Source: Malacoraja senta (taxonomy: Eukaryota). Taken from it: a stretch of DNA of 64,000 bases. Location of the stretch: assembly GCA_038087875.1 (NCBI GenBank), contig CM075978.1, positions 33,418,001-33,482,000 of the forward strand. The letters are read 5' to 3'. Shown here in pieces: positions 39,621-53,470 of this stretch; positions within the stretch are counted from its first letter, which is position 1, and each line of letters starts with the position of its first letter. A model generated the notes under the pieces. It saw only the letters and a list, made by a program, of their open reading frames with translations, searched no databases and was not told the origin of the DNA. The position numbers and the translations under genes were made by a program.

Positions 39621-40523
39621 CATCACTCATGTTCAGAAATGCTATATCTAAAATCTGAAGAAGTCATTTCAACCAGAATCCTGGTCAATATTTCTCTGAA
39701 TTTGTAACTTTTTACTCAATTAAAAATCTAAATTCATTGTGGATCTTCAGCAACTCTAGAATGGATTTGCTTAGGTATTGCCCATTCGTATAATTCACAT
39801 GCAACAAAGTGATTTGAAAGTGTAGTCACTGTTAAATAAGTAAACATGGCATCCAATTTGCACATGGCAAGGTTGCAGAAAATTAAATAATATTTCATCT
39901 TATGTTTGATGTTAATGGAGATTCTGTCCAGAATACTGATAAGATTCTGTCCAGAATACTCAGACTATAACCTTTATTTTTAATAATGTTTTTGTAATAG
40001 TATGAAACGTTAAAATGATGAAGGAAATTGCATTTGGTATTGCAGGCATACCTCAGTATTGTACCTTTCCCTACTTACAGATGTGATATTTGAGATCTGG
40101 AATCCCTAATTTAACACTGAAGTGAAGTGCTAGGAGTAGTAAACTTGAAGCAAATTCTTGGCAAAGGCTATGGTCATACCCCACTCCCAACAAAAACCAA
40201 ACAACCCTGACAATGGAAGCATTCGAAGAAAGGCAGTAGAACTCCTCATTCAAATAGGTCAAAATAAAAAGTGAATCATCTGAAATGTTCGTTTTGTTTC
40301 CCTCCACATCAATGCTGCCTGATCTGCTGACTCTCTCCAAACATTTCTGAAAAGAGTTTTCTCTGTTGTTTTGTCCAGGGTGGATATTGACTTACAAAGA
40401 AATGGGGTTCACAGAGAAAAGACAAATACCACACTCTTATTCTACAAGAGTGAAAGCACTGTTTTTGCCATTATTAATTTTATGATTTATGCTCCTTAAA
40501 AGCTGTTAAGTACTACCACACGT

Positions 40524-40797
40524 TTAGTTTCGAGACACAGCATGGAAAGAAGCCTGACGGTCCACAAACCCATGCCAATCATCCATCACCCGTTCACACG
40601 AGTTCTATGTTATCTTGCATTCACATCCACTCCCTGCACGCCAATAACTCTACATATCTTTGGGTGTGGGAGGAACCCCACAAGTTCACAGTGAGAACAT
40701 GCAAACTGAACACAGACAGCACCCGAGGTCAGGATCAAATTCTGGTCTCTGGCGCTGTGAGACAGCAGCTCTACCAACTATGCCATTGTGTCACCCT
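40524..40797 (-). mobile_element. HE1-type V-SINE, decayed
   Basis: Reverse complement of the SINE head and (TTTAG) tail. Confidence 0.7.
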
Positions 40798-41004
40798 ATA
40801 GATATAAAGTAGGAGCAGAAAGCTAATGGTGACCCAGTCCATTAATAAATTAAATGCTGATGGGACAGAAAACCAAGCATGTGTTTTACTTCCATTAAAG
40901 GCCTGACCATTACCTGATATGAAAATATTACTTGCATTTGAAAGGGGCACAAAGGATCAAAACGAAACGGTAGTTATAAACAAATTCGAACAAATTTTGA
41001 AACC

Positions 41005-42042
41005 TAGACCACATGGGATCCAGGGAGAGTTAGCGGACTGCATAATGAATTGGCTTTACGGAAGGAAGCAGACTGTGATGGAGAAAAAGTTGTTTTTAAG
41101 ATGAAAGGCATGTGATTGGTGGCATGCCGCAGGGACCGGTGCTGGACCATTGCTGTTTGTGATCAATGATTTGGATGCAAATGTACAATGCATGATTAGT
41201 AAGTTTGCAGATGACACTAAAGAAGGTGGTATCATAAATAGTCTCGATAGATATCAAAAAATAAAGCAGGATCTTGATCAACTGAGCAAGTAGGCTGTGG
41301 AATGGCGATCTGAGTTTATTGCAGTTAAGTGTGAGGTGTTGTATTTTGGGAAGTCAAACCAGGACAGGAGAGTGCTATAGAGCAGAGGGATCTAGCAGTC
41401 AAGATACATAGATCCAGTAAAGTGGCATCATGGGTAGATAGGATGGTCAAAAAGGCTTTGGTACATTGGCCTGATTATAGAAGTTGGGATGTTATGTTAT
41501 AATTTTACAAGACGTTTGTGGGGCCGCATTTGTTCAGTTTTGGTGACTGTAGTGTAGGAAGCATGTCGCTAAGCTGGAAAGAGTGCAGAGAATGTTTACG
41601 AGGATGTTCTCAGGACACGAGAGCCTGAGCTACAGGGAGAGGTTGGGCAGGCTGGAACGTTATTTCTTGGAGCGTAGGAGACTGAGGGGTGATCTTATAG
41701 GGATGTGTAAAATCATAAGGGGAATACATCGGGATTGCACAGAGTCTTTTACCCACAGAGTACATACTCTTAAGGTGAGTGGGGAAAGATTTAATAGGAA
41801 CCTGAGGGGCAACTTTCTCATACATGGGGTGATGGGAATACGGAATGAGCTGCCAGAGGAGATAGTTGAGGCAGATACAATACCAAAATGTAAAAGACAT
41901 TTGGACAGGTACATGAATAAGAAAGGTTTGGAGAATTATGGGCCAAACACAGGCAGGTGGGAGTAGCATAGATGGGCCAACTTGATTGGCATGGACAATT
42001 GGAGCCGAAGGGCCTGTTTTCATGATGAATGGCATTATGATT
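41005..42042 (+). mobile_element. CR1 3' fragment ending just upstream of EGLN3 exon 4
   Basis: aagtttgcagatgacac (KFADD), QRMFTRM..RRRLRGDL, gggcctgttt tail. Confidence 0.88.
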
Positions 42043-42060
42043 AAATTCATTGTATTCTAG

Positions 42061-42134
42061 ATATGCCATAACTGTGTGGTACTTTGATGCTGAGGAGAGG
42101 GCGGAAGCAAGAACCAGGTATCGGAATCGAGCAG
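42061..42134 (+). CDS. EGLN3: EGLN3 coding exon 4 (R-YAITVWYFDAEERAEARTRYRNRA)
   Basis: ttctag acceptor, GTATAA donor; completes the 2-oxoglutarate-binding Arg codon (AG|A); 74-nt length and DAEERAEA match EGLN3 rather than EGLN1/2. Confidence 0.93.
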
Positions 42135-42225
42135 GTATAATTTTAAATAATAAATAATCAAAATCTGAACATTTGTAGTTTTATATAATCCTTTACATTA
42201 TTAATTTACAATTTTTGTACTTCAG

Positions 42226-42263
42226 CTTCTGAACAAGCCACAACCTTTTCTTCACGACAGTAA
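42226..42263 (+). CDS. EGLN3: EGLN3 last coding exon (A-SEQATTFSSRQ*)
   Basis: tttttgtacttcag acceptor after a 91-nt intron; phase-1 compatible; short tail ending TAA at 42261-42263, similar in length to the PHD3 C-terminus. Confidence 0.75.
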
Positions 42264-43737
42264 GCAAGGTGAACCAGTGATCCAATCGGATGTTTTCAGC
42301 AGCTCCAAAGATATATGCCTTCTCCATAATGTGATTTGAAACTTTGCTTTTGAATGATCTTTGTGTTGACTTTTCAGCAAAAATGATACAAGTAGAATTA
42401 ATCTGCAAAGCAGAAATGCACAAAAAATTCTGCACCAACTTTCTTAAACTCAAAATCTATTCCTGTGTTTCTCACAGGATTGACATAGTGTTTAAATATT
42501 ATGTTTGTTAAATCTAATATTGCACCTTATTCCAGATTGAAATGGTGTTGATTCATCCATTTGAATGCCCTTTTCCCCCTATTTAAAAACAGTTTATGAT
42601 CATTTATGGCAGTTTCTTCCTGTCAACATTTGAAGATTTGACTTATCTACTGATTCGTTCCACAATATTTGCGCTAAATGAAACTGGTACCTTCAACTTT
42701 GTTTGAATTTTCTCTATTTATGTGAAAACTGAATATCACTGTGCAAAACAATGCATTTCTAAAGTTACAATGAATAATCTTCATTGCACTTCATTGTGAT
42801 TAATGTTAGTAAACCTTATCTCTGCACATAAATCGTATGGAATATTTTTGAGAAACTAAATTGAACTTGTGATAATTTTGTCTGAAGACTACACTATGAT
42901 GTGAAATTCTTTCTGCTACTGCCTTTCATATGAAACATTGTTCCATGGGTTCATAAATTAAATTGAATGTAAGCTTCAAATTTACTGTTTTTAAGCTGGA
43001 TGCTGCCATGTTTGCTGGTCAACAGTTTAGCAATCCAGCAGAAGCAGTAAACATGTGTTGCATAGCTTTGAAAAAGCTATGAATTTTATCTCCAGACTTT
43101 GTTATCTTTCGATAATAACGTGCTCCGTGTCGTCAAGACAAAGATGATATTTTACACATATATGGTTGTTTGCATTTTGTTTGCTTTACTCGATTTTATG
43201 CTCTCATTGCAACATTATTAAATGATTCAGACAATAATCTGTATGCTCGTCTTGGGTAACTAACTACTAATTCTCAGATTATCACTCAAATTCATAAAAA
43301 AGGTTCTGAATCTTACCAAGAATAATATTGCTTCCACTATTAACAATTTGAAACAAATGTTTAGTCGATCGAGATTTTGTGTGGCTAGGAGTAGACTTAG
43401 TTCATTCAAAACTTGAGTTTTTGAAATATTACCTTTAGAAGAGTGGTGGCATTCTCCCATCTGCTTTATATTTATTCCATAAATCATTTGGAGACTTTCT
43501 GTAAATTTAAGATAGTCACTGAAAAATATAAGGTTGGACCTAGTGTCAAGGTCTTAAAATGGGAGGACTTCAATAACATAAGTCTGACCTTTGCAGAACT
43601 TCACTTCAATACAGATCTCTATATTAAAACTCAATTTCACTTTTATCCTTTGATTTCTCCCCACACTCCCATATATATATCTTTACTTAATATTAATCAA
43701 TTTACCATATCAGTTCTTTAGTAAAATATCTTTCTAG

Positions 43738-43743
43738 AATAAA
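43738..43743 (+). terminator. Candidate polyadenylation signal of EGLN3 (3'UTR about 1.5 kb, AT-rich with ATTTA motifs)
   Basis: AATAAA near the end of the repeat-free AT-rich stretch after the stop codon; ATTAAA variants also occur upstream. Confidence 0.4.
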
Positions 43744-43974
43744 TGTTAACTACATCAAACATGCTGCATCATTGAGATTTCTCATCTTGGTTCTTGGTCT
43801 TAATTCTCTGAGAAATTGTACTGACTCCCCTGGAGTTAACATTGCCTCTCTAAATGATGATTTATAGAGTCCATCTTCCAAAAACATGCAGGTTTGTAGG
43901 TTAATTGGCTTCTGTAAATTGCCCCGAGTGTGTAGGATAGAACTAGTGTACGGTAATTGCTGGTTGGCAATCAC

Positions 43975-44400
43975 CTAGCAGTCTGCCTGACTTCACCCTA
44001 TCCTGCTATGCCTCAGAGCCAGGCACACTGCCACAGACTTGGCTGCTGCTGCTCTCCCCTGAACAGACATTCCTCTCAACAGTATCCAGAATACATGTTT
44101 TGCAGGGAAATGGCCACAGGAGATTCCTGAACTCTTTTCGTACTCTCTTTCCTGATGGTCATCTACCTGTTCTCTGCCTGTACTTTAAGTGTGACCATCT
44201 CTCGACAGCTCCCATTGGTGACTGCCTCACTCTCCTGGATGAGCCTGAGGTCATGCAGCTGTAGCTCCAGTTCCCCAACGCGGTCTGAAAGGAGGTGCAC
44301 CTGGACACACCTCCTGTTATGTAGTCCTCAGGGTCACTGGTTGTCTTCCTGAGTTACCACATCCCACAGGTCGAGCACTCCACTGCACTAGCTTCCATCC
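43975..44400 (-). mobile_element. CR1 ORF1 5' fragment
   Basis: Minus-strand C..C..C..VQVHLLSDRVGELELQL..LRLI pattern, same family as 30400-30580. Confidence 0.65.
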
Positions 44401-47022
44401 CACCTTACCAAGATCAAGTTGCACTCTGAAACAAACAGAAAGTGACAGACCTAACATTATCCTGTAATCACCCTCACCGAAGCCTCTTGAGCCAAAGCCT
44501 CAATGCCCCACTCTTACTCTATCTACTCCCACTATGACCGGTCTCACTATGGCCACTTCACTTAGGCTTATCTTTCTTTTATTGGCCAATTATGGTCTAA
44601 AGACTGAATTCCAAACCAAGGTGACAGTGACTGCATTTGAGGTCAAGTCAGCAATTAATTGAATGTGGTCATAAAAATAAAATAAGTGGAAACAGAGGGT
44701 GAAAAAAATGCACTGCTTACTGTACATTCATACCTCACATAAAGGAGCACAGCTGTGGATATTGGTGGCGATCTCAGGGCTGTGTCCTAAACCCAACATA
44801 AAACCAGAAGTTGACTGGTTTACTGATGACCGCATGATATTCCATTCATTTTGCAACTGCAGAAACTAATGCAGCCCAAATCTATGTGCTTACAACCTGG
44901 ATAACATTCAGATATGGACTAACATTTGCCAGGAAAATGAGCTTTTACAAAAGAAAGTCAACCTCTTTGCATTGAATTCAAAGTGCCCTTCCACCAACAT
45001 CCCAGAGATTATCTTTGATCCCAAACTGAATTAGACTAACATAAATGCCATGGCCATAAATGCAGGTAAGATAGCGAGGCCAACTCCTGACATCCCAATC
45101 CTTTCCACCATCTATATGGCACAAATCTGGAGTATCAAGTAATGCCCTTGATTGCTTGAATTAGTGCAGCTTCAACAAATATGGTGTGACACCATTCCGA
45201 CAAAGCAACCTGTTTAATTAAAATCTCATCCACCACATAAACATCCATTCATTCAGAGGTGGACAATAAATTCTGTCTATGAAGATGTCCAGATTCCACA
45301 AACACAATTTTAATATGTTCTATTATGTAGCTCTGTAAATTTAAACTGATTAAAGAATCACAAACAAATTACTTCAACCAAAGTTTGAGAAATCCAAGTT
45401 ACACTTGTTTCTCCCAACATCTCAGCACTGAGGTGTGCATGACCTATTTCTAACTATGAGAAACTCAGACATGTAGTGATTGATTTTTAAATGATTTTCA
45501 GACATTAATTTTTAATGAGAATTATTAAAGTTTGAATGGGGCGGCGTTATAGGTTCCCATGGTCCATCTGTTGCTGTTTACAGAGAAATGAGGAAAGAAT
45601 CAACCCAAGCTAAGATAGACTGAAAACTAATTTATGGAGCTCGGCAGAACTATTGTTTCCAGAACTCAGCATACAGGAGAAAATTAAAATTCTCCTTCAA
45701 GCATGGAATGGAAGCAACAACAGCGCACATGGTCACAGGCAAAACAAACAAATTCCTTGGAGATCACATGGACCTCAGGATTAAACCTGCATCACTGGAA
45801 CAGAGATAGCAGCACTACCTTCTGCTCCTCTATGTTATCTAATGCATTTAAAATACATAGTTAAACATCCTCCTTTCAGTGTGTTGAATTTGAAAAGGCA
45901 TGGGCTTAGAAACAATTTAGGAGCCTGAACAATATACCCCTTGACAGTTCTATAGGAAATGATTGAAAACAAACAAATCTTGTTCATCAGTTCTGGCAAA
46001 AATTCACTCTCCCAAGGTATCACATCAAGATTTGCCCTAACAGTGTAAACCACGACCATACATCATCTTGAAATTTAAATCCAGGAACATACTTTAATGA
46101 CTTGAGAACCAGATTAAAATATAATTTTTGAAGACTTCATTAAACCATGAGTTGCTGCAAGGGTTTGAATGTCCACATTTCAGGCACAACTAAGGCAAAA
46201 CAGCCCGTGTTCAGGCAGATGTCTATTAACATAGTTAAGAGCTATCCAATAATACCAGTCCATGGCCAAAATCAATAAGACATCTACTGCATTTTGATTT
46301 TCTTTTTGCTAGGAGATTGTATGCCACAGAATCCCACGTTGTGTTGCCCGTTGTGATCAACCAAAAAAAAAAATACAGACTAATTTCAATCCTTGTCTTT
46401 CAGAAAACCTCTGGAGTGGTGGAACAGCATTCATTACCTAAACAATATGTATATATATAAATATATATTCTTCAGGCAGAACTACTTTCATATTTACATG
46501 TGCAATATGCTTACCTTTCAATCAAGGCCATTTTCTTACAGCTCACTGGAATAATGTCAACATAGGAATAAACAAGAGACTCACAAATATGAGTTTATTG
46601 CCCAGCATGGATGAGTTGGGCCGAAAGGACTATTTCCATGCTATATATGTCTATGGGTCAAAAGCAGCCAAATTGGACTAGTCCAGTATTCCAACTAAGT
46701 CGGCATGGGTAGAAGGGCTGTTTCCATTCTGTACAGCTCTATGACTCTACGGCTCTATGACCATGAAGTCTGTTGTGTATAATAATTTTAAACAAATAAA
46801 GGTACTTTAAATGAATGAAGGCACAAAAGCATAATAATTCCAGCACTCTTCGTTTAAGCGTGAGCTCAGGAGGAGGAGCCTTCCTCCCATCCATCCACCA
46901 CCACCATCGCCCACAGTGTCTCCCAACACTACTTGGATCACCACATGGTACCTATGTACCTTCCCCTCAACCCAAACCATTGCCCCAAAACATGGCCTGG
47001 AGCTATCATATTATTCTGAGTG

Positions 47023-47144
47023 AGAAAGAACTGCAGATGCTGTAAAAATCGAAGGTAGACAAAAAAGCTGAAGAAACTCAGCGGGTGAGGCAGCATCTAT
47101 GGAGCGAAGGAATAGGTGACGTTTCGGGTCAAGACCCTTCTTCG
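47023..47144 (-). mobile_element. Short Penelope-derived unit with a near-complete hammerhead motif
   Basis: Minus strand CCGAAGAAGGGTCTTGACCCGAAACGTCACC; about 21-bp TSD gctatca.a.tattctgagtg (47002-47022, 47145-47165; 2 mismatches). Confidence 0.8.
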
Positions 47145-47829
47145 GCTATCAAAGTATTCTGAGTGCTCAGTTTCTAGCTCCACTCTGCAGGAAAGTTTAG
47201 CTCAATGCTTAACAAGCAAATGGCCCATCACAGATCAGGCATTGCATGAATTTGCTCTTAACAATTTAGCTTTTCAATATACCAGGAAAAATCATGAAAA
47301 GATGTACTTTAAATGTACCTAACATTGTTGATATTTTGTCAATTTATAAAACAGTGCTAATAATCTTAAATCAAGTACAATTTAGTGTTACGGTGTCTCC
47401 ACCAAGTGGTTTAAAACAAAATTGGCATGCGTACGAGGATGAAAAATATTGAAGAATAGACGTAGAAATACATGAAGGTATTGGATTGCTTCTGCAGCAT
47501 CTGCAAAATTTAGTCTTAGTGTAAAAATCGCATTTTCATGAAAGCAAAATAAATTGGTAGTAGACCGTGAAATAAGCTGGCCGTAGACTCAGTGGTATCA
47601 GTAATAATTTGTTGACAGTCAGATCATTTCAATTTAAAACATATTAAATTATATTGAATATAGTGTACAAAATAACACAAATGTTTGTCATTTCAATGGT
47701 GTTATTTTTAAAAATGTGCTTTTTAATATTCTGCACAGATGAGTCAGCATTTATGACCTTGGGTTTCCTGCATGGCTGGTTGAGTACTTTTATAAACCTC
47801 TTTAAGTCTTACAATAATATTGTCAAAAA

Positions 47830-49475
47830 ATAGCAGTTGGGAATTGTGAAGCCAGAGTAAGAAATGTAGGTGGAGAGGGAGGGGAGAAATAGGTGTGAGC
47901 CCAGATGGGCCACAGGGGAGGGGGTTGGGGAAGAAAGGGGGAGAGGGTTGGGAAATAAAGGGGAGGGGGTTGGGAAAGAAAGGGGGAGGGAGTTGGGGAA
48001 GAAAGGGGGAGAGGGTTGAGAAATAAAGGGGAGGGGGTTGGGAAAGAAAATGGAGGGGGTTGGGAAAGAAAGGGGAGGGGGTGGTGTTGTTAGAGGTTCC
48101 CTAAAACTAAAATTGGAGAATTCAATGTTCATACCATTGAGTTGTAAGCTACCTAAGCGGAACATGAGGTTATCCAGTTTGCGTGTGGCCTCACCCTGGA
48201 AATGGAGGAGGCCCGGCATAGTAAGGTCACTATGGGCATGGGAAGGGGAGTTAAAATGGTTAGCAATTGGGTAAGCCTTGGTGGACTAAGTACGTGTTCG
48301 GCGAAACAATCACTGAGTCTACACTTGATCTCATCGATGTACAGGAGGCCACATCAGGAACACTAGATGCAGTTGAATGAGGTTAGAGGAGGTGCACGTG
48401 AACCTCTGTGTCACTTGGAAGGTCTACTGCCATCCCTGGAAGCGAGGGAGCAGGTATAGCGACATGTGTTACATTTCCTGCGGTTGCTGGGGAAAGTACC
48501 TGGGGAGGGGTGCTTTGGATAGGAAGGGATGAGTGCATCAAGGAATTGTGGAGGGAGCGATCACTGCAGAAGGCGGAAAGGGATGGAGTTGGGAAGATGT
48601 GACTGGTGGTGGGATCACGTTGGAGGTGACGGAAATGTCAGATGATGATGTGTTGGACACTGGCTGGTGGGCTGTAAGGAGAGGACCAGGGGGCTCTCTA
48701 TTTGTATCATCTGGGAGGGAGTGCGAGAGCAGAACATCATGTTACCCAGGTGTTCATTTAAATCGTCACCTTTAACCTGCCATTATGAACAGCAAATTGA
48801 ATTTGAAAGAGATGTTTAGGGTGTTGGATAATGGAGGGAAAGTGCAGTTGGTGCATATACCAATTTCAGAGAAGAGTTTTCTATAGTATACAAACTGTCT
48901 CTCACCAACTGATGGTTTCCAATGTAGAAATGTATTAAAGATTACAGAAGCAGGAAACATGGGGAATATTCAGGCAGCATCTGTGGAGAGAAACAGAGTT
49001 AAACTTCAGAAGATGTGGACACAAAGGACTGCAAATAAAGACACAGAGTGCTAGAGTAACGCAGCTGGTCAGGCAGCATCTCTGGAAGATATGGATAGGC
49101 GATGTTTCAGGTCAGGACCCTTCTTAAGGCTAATTGGAGGAGAAAGCTGATAAAAGGGGTGGTGGCAGGACAAGGCCTGGCAAGTTATATATGGATACAT
49201 GTGAGGAGGGGTTTTATTGGCAGATTGGTGGACAAAGGGCAGAGAAGAAAAGAAGACAAGAGGCTGTGAGGCAGGGAGAGGGGAGGAGTAAATTGGGAAC
49301 AGAAAGGGGAGGGGGAGGGGAAATAAAAGATAAACCATGTATTCTGAAGAAGGGTCTCGGCCGAAAACGTCACCTATTCCTTTTCTACAGTAATGCTCCC
49401 TGACCCGCTGAGTTACTCCAGCTTTTTGTGTCTGTCTTCGGTTTAAACCAGTATCTGCAGTTCCTTCCTACATAC
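47830..49475 (-). mobile_element. Penelope-like remnants (GIY-YIG region 48100-48730, purine minisatellite 47915-48080, inverted terminal units 48950-49475)
   Basis: GLLHFQGEATRKL..LMFRLGSLQ..GMNIEFSNF is the PLE C-terminus; ctgaagaagggtctcggccgaaaacgtcacc at 49344. Confidence 0.75.
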
Positions 49476-49503
49476 ACATGTAATCAGATCCACTGCATGT
49501 TAA

Positions 49504-50997
49504 CACAGCCTTATTCTAAAATGGATTCAATTCATTTTTTTAAATCATCAATCTACACACAATACCCCATAATAAAAAAACAAAAACATTTTAAAAATTT
49601 TGCAGTCATTAAAAAGAAATAACTGAAATATCACATTTACATAAGTATTCAGACCCTTTGCTATGACATTCAAAATTGAGCTTAGGTGCATCCGGTTTCC
49701 ATTGATTAACCTTGAGATGTTTCTACAATTTGATTGGAGTCCACCAGTGGTAAAATAAATTGATTGGACATGATTTGGAAAGGTACACACCTATCTATAT
49801 AAGGTTCCACAGTTGACAGTGCATGTCAGAGCAAAAACCAAGCCATAAGACAAAGGAATTGTCCGTAGACCTCCGAGACAGGATTGTGTCGAGACACAGA
49901 TCTGTGGAAGGGTATAAAACAATTTCTGCAGCATTGCATGTCCTGAAGAGCACAGTGGCCTCCGTCATTCTTAAATGGAAGAACTTTGGAAGCACCAGGA
50001 CTCTTCATAGAGCTGGCCGCCTGACCAAACTGAGCAATCAGGGAAGAAGGGCCTTGGTCAGTGAGGTGACCAATAACCAGATGGTCACTCTGATAGAACT
50101 CCAGAGTTCCTCTGTGGAGATGGGAGAACCTTCCAGAAGGACAACTATATCTGCAGCACTCCACCAATCAGGCCTTTATGGTAGAGTGGTCAGACGGAAG
50201 CCACTCCTCAGTAATAGGCACATGACAGCCTGCTTGGAGTTTGCCAAAAGGCATGAGAAACAAGATTCTCTGGTCTGATGAAACCAAGGTTGAACTCTTT
50301 GGCCTGAATGCCAAGTGTCAGGTCTGGAGGAAACCAGGCACTGCTCATAACCTGGCCAATACCATACCTACAGTGAAGCATGGTGGTGGCAGCATCATGC
50401 TGTGGGGATGTGTTTCAGCGGCAGGAACTGGGAGACTAGTCAGGATCGAGGGAAAGATGAACGGAGCAAAGTACAGAGAGATCCTTGATGAAAACCTGCT
50501 CCAGAGCGTTCTGGACCTCAGACTGGGGCGGAGGTTCACCTTCCAACAGGACAAACGACCCTAAGCACACAGCCAAGACAACACAGGAATGGCTTCCTAA
50601 CAAGTCTGTGAATATCCTTGAGTGGCCCAGCCAGAGCCCGGACTTGAACCCGATCGATCATCTCTGGAGGGACTTGAAAATAGCTGTGCATCGACGCTCC
50701 CCATCCAACCTGACAGAGCTTGAGAGGATCTGCAGAGAAGAATGGGAGAAATTACCCAAATACAGATGTGCCAAGCTTGTAGCGCCATACCCAAGAAGAC
50801 TTGAGGCTGTAATCGCTGCCAAAGGTACCTCAACAAAGTACTGAGTAAAGGGTCTGAATACATATAAATGTGATATTTCAGTTATTTCTTTTTAATTACT
50901 TTGCAAAAATTTCTAAACACCTGTTTTCGCTTTTAAGGCTGTAACATAACAAAATGTGGAAAATGTGAAGGGGTCTGAATACTTTCTGAATGCACTG
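49504..50997 (+). mobile_element. Tc1 DNA transposon (IR/DR type), left end truncated, frameshifted transposase
   Basis: [56 protein letters not shown], stop at 50844; right TIR ...gggtctgaatactttctgaatgcactg followed by TA. Confidence 0.93.
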
Positions 50998-51804
50998 TAA
51001 GTCTTGGAGTGTTAAAAGAGTCAGGTTTAATGAGAAGTTAATGCTGCAAGGCCCCATACAGCAGCAGAGTTGATCAGAAATAAGACACAAAAAGGGAAAA
51101 TATTTTCTTCATTAGAGACACACGTATTGTGGTGGAGACTTTTAATCCTGAAATTCATGACGTTGGGAGTTGCCACGAATCCTCAGAATGAAAAACGTTC
51201 ATGAGATGAGTCTCTGGCTATTCCATCTTCAGGATGGGAAGCTTTTAAGTAACCCAAGCATGTCAGTTAAACTGACTTCTAGCTTTTTTCCCTGCACATT
51301 TGATTGACACTTCCCAATTTCATTAATTGAAAAAAACCCATTAATTTACCACAGTCACGACTGAAGAGGCATTTATTATCCAAGAGCAATGCACTTATAT
51401 TTGTTGTTGCCTTCATATTTAAGTTAGCCACGGAATCAGATTTCTCCTGTACTTTCTTTTTTTTTTATTGTCCTTGGTCCCTAACAGTGAAAGCGTACTC
51501 ACAAAATATTCACAAATCATACAGGTCAGAATTATTCTATTGCAATTTTTCAGATATTTATGACCAACAGTTTTTATTTCCAGACAATGTAAAATAAAAG
51601 TAAATTAAAAAAGTTGCTTTTAAATTAAACTAATAGAGATCAGTCATCCAGTAAAGTGGCAAACCTATTTGTATAATCTCATCATTTTCCAAATATTGGA
51701 GCATCAATGTATTTTCATAATAAACAATCGAAATATGTAGCACATCAATTTGAAATTGTTTGAATACTGAATATACAATCTCAGTGTATTAAACATGATA
51801 TGAT

Positions 51805-53470
51805 GCAGGGCTGCCAACATTTTGTGAGAGTTGGGAGTGAGAAATTGTGAGAGACCAAGCCCGAGGGAGCTTAGTGACCAAGGGGGTGGAGGGGGTGGGA
51901 GGGGAGCGCACCCCTCCCATTGGTAGGGAACGTTTGCATTTTTCAGCTTGATATTGTGCAATCTGGTGCATACTGTAGCGAGTCTTTTAACACACTTGAA
52001 TGCAATATTTATGCTTTAAATTGGATTAGCTATGAATAAGGTTAGGCTAAATTACATTCCTAATTACATTCCACAGTAGAGCCAGGCTCTGATCAACAGG
52101 TGCAGCACATGAATGATCTTAGTGTATTCATGTATGGAAATCAGATTATAAACAAGCACGTGGCCCATGTTGACCAACCTGGGTCTCACTGCACACCTGG
52201 TACTACTCCTGATCCTGACTCCAGTTGCATACCTTCTCTAATTCCTGACTCTGAGTCCAGCCTTACACCTGGCCTCCTATTCTGCCCTGATCATAGCTGC
52301 TTACTTGCTTAAGTTCCCAGTGCTGAACACGCCCATTGTCCCAGCTTAGACTGCACACCTAGTACTATTCCATACCTTGACTCTGGATGCACACTTGGCC
52401 TTGCTCCTAGCCCCTCTGCACTGACAATATATCTGGCCCACACATAAAGCCCCATATCTGACCCCCTGGACTTAACCTATTATGTTCAAGTCCACAGGTG
52501 CTTATCTAATGCGGTAATCTTTTATGTGTAACAAAATGCTACATCCATTGGCTTCCTTGTTATCCAACATGCTAGTTATTTTGTCAAAGAAGTCATCAAT
52601 TGGTTGAACACAATTTCTCATCCATAAAATTATACTCACTCAGCTGTATGTATTCTGTTACCATTTCCTTCATTTTCTTAACAAACTGTCCTGAAGTCAT
52701 TTTCACCCCGAATATTTTCAGTATTTTGCTGTCTTCCTCTCAGCTGGGACTTTTCCGAAATGCAAACTCCAATAACAATAGATATTTAAGCAATAATATT
52801 CTATTTAATGTGATAATGAGAGTACATTATATTTTCTGTGGTATTCATAACACAACAATGATGAAAAGATCTTTGTTTTGATTGCACCTACCAACATGCA
52901 TACATTATTAAATTATAGTTAATATGTACCGAGGGCAAATTTTTGTTCCAATGCTCCCCATTCCCAATTACTTTTATATTGAAGTAATTGAAATCAAGTG
53001 AAGTTTAAATGGCATCAGACAAATAAAACCTCCAGAATGGATGATATTCATTATGTGGTTGGTTAGAGTCAGTATCAGCACAATTACTGTATTAAACTTT
53101 GAATCTTCAGATGTCCTGGTTCAAGCTAAAACTAAAGACAAATAATAACCTCCTCACACATTCCCCTGCAAGTATCTCTGTCACTCCTTTAAAATATGCC
53201 CCTTCTTTGAACAAGCTCTTAAACATCGCATCTGAATCAGTTTCATGCTTTCACTCCTTGAGGATGTTCATCTATGTGTTCAATTAATAAAACAATAAGA
53301 TTGGGGACATTTCTATTCAACCTGTCAAAGGAATTGGTGGGGGGGGGAGGGGGGGGGTTTAGAAATAGTCAGTGAGGTAAACAAACATAATAGTTGAGTG
53401 GCAAATGACAATAGTGCTACCTTCCCAATATTTAACTGAAGGAAATAATGCGTTATCGGGGCTGTATGTT
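51805..53470. mobile_element. Probable non-autonomous DNA transposon (CAGGG end) containing copy 2 of the 860-bp repeat; right end lost
   Basis: Starts cagggctgccaac with a G-rich subterminal region; degenerate tandem repeat 52190-52410; 52606-53470 matches 35829-36689. Confidence 0.45.

Noticed and set aside
46285-46370. Acceptor-like ttttctttttgctag
   Set aside because: No convincing frame, donor or partner exon.
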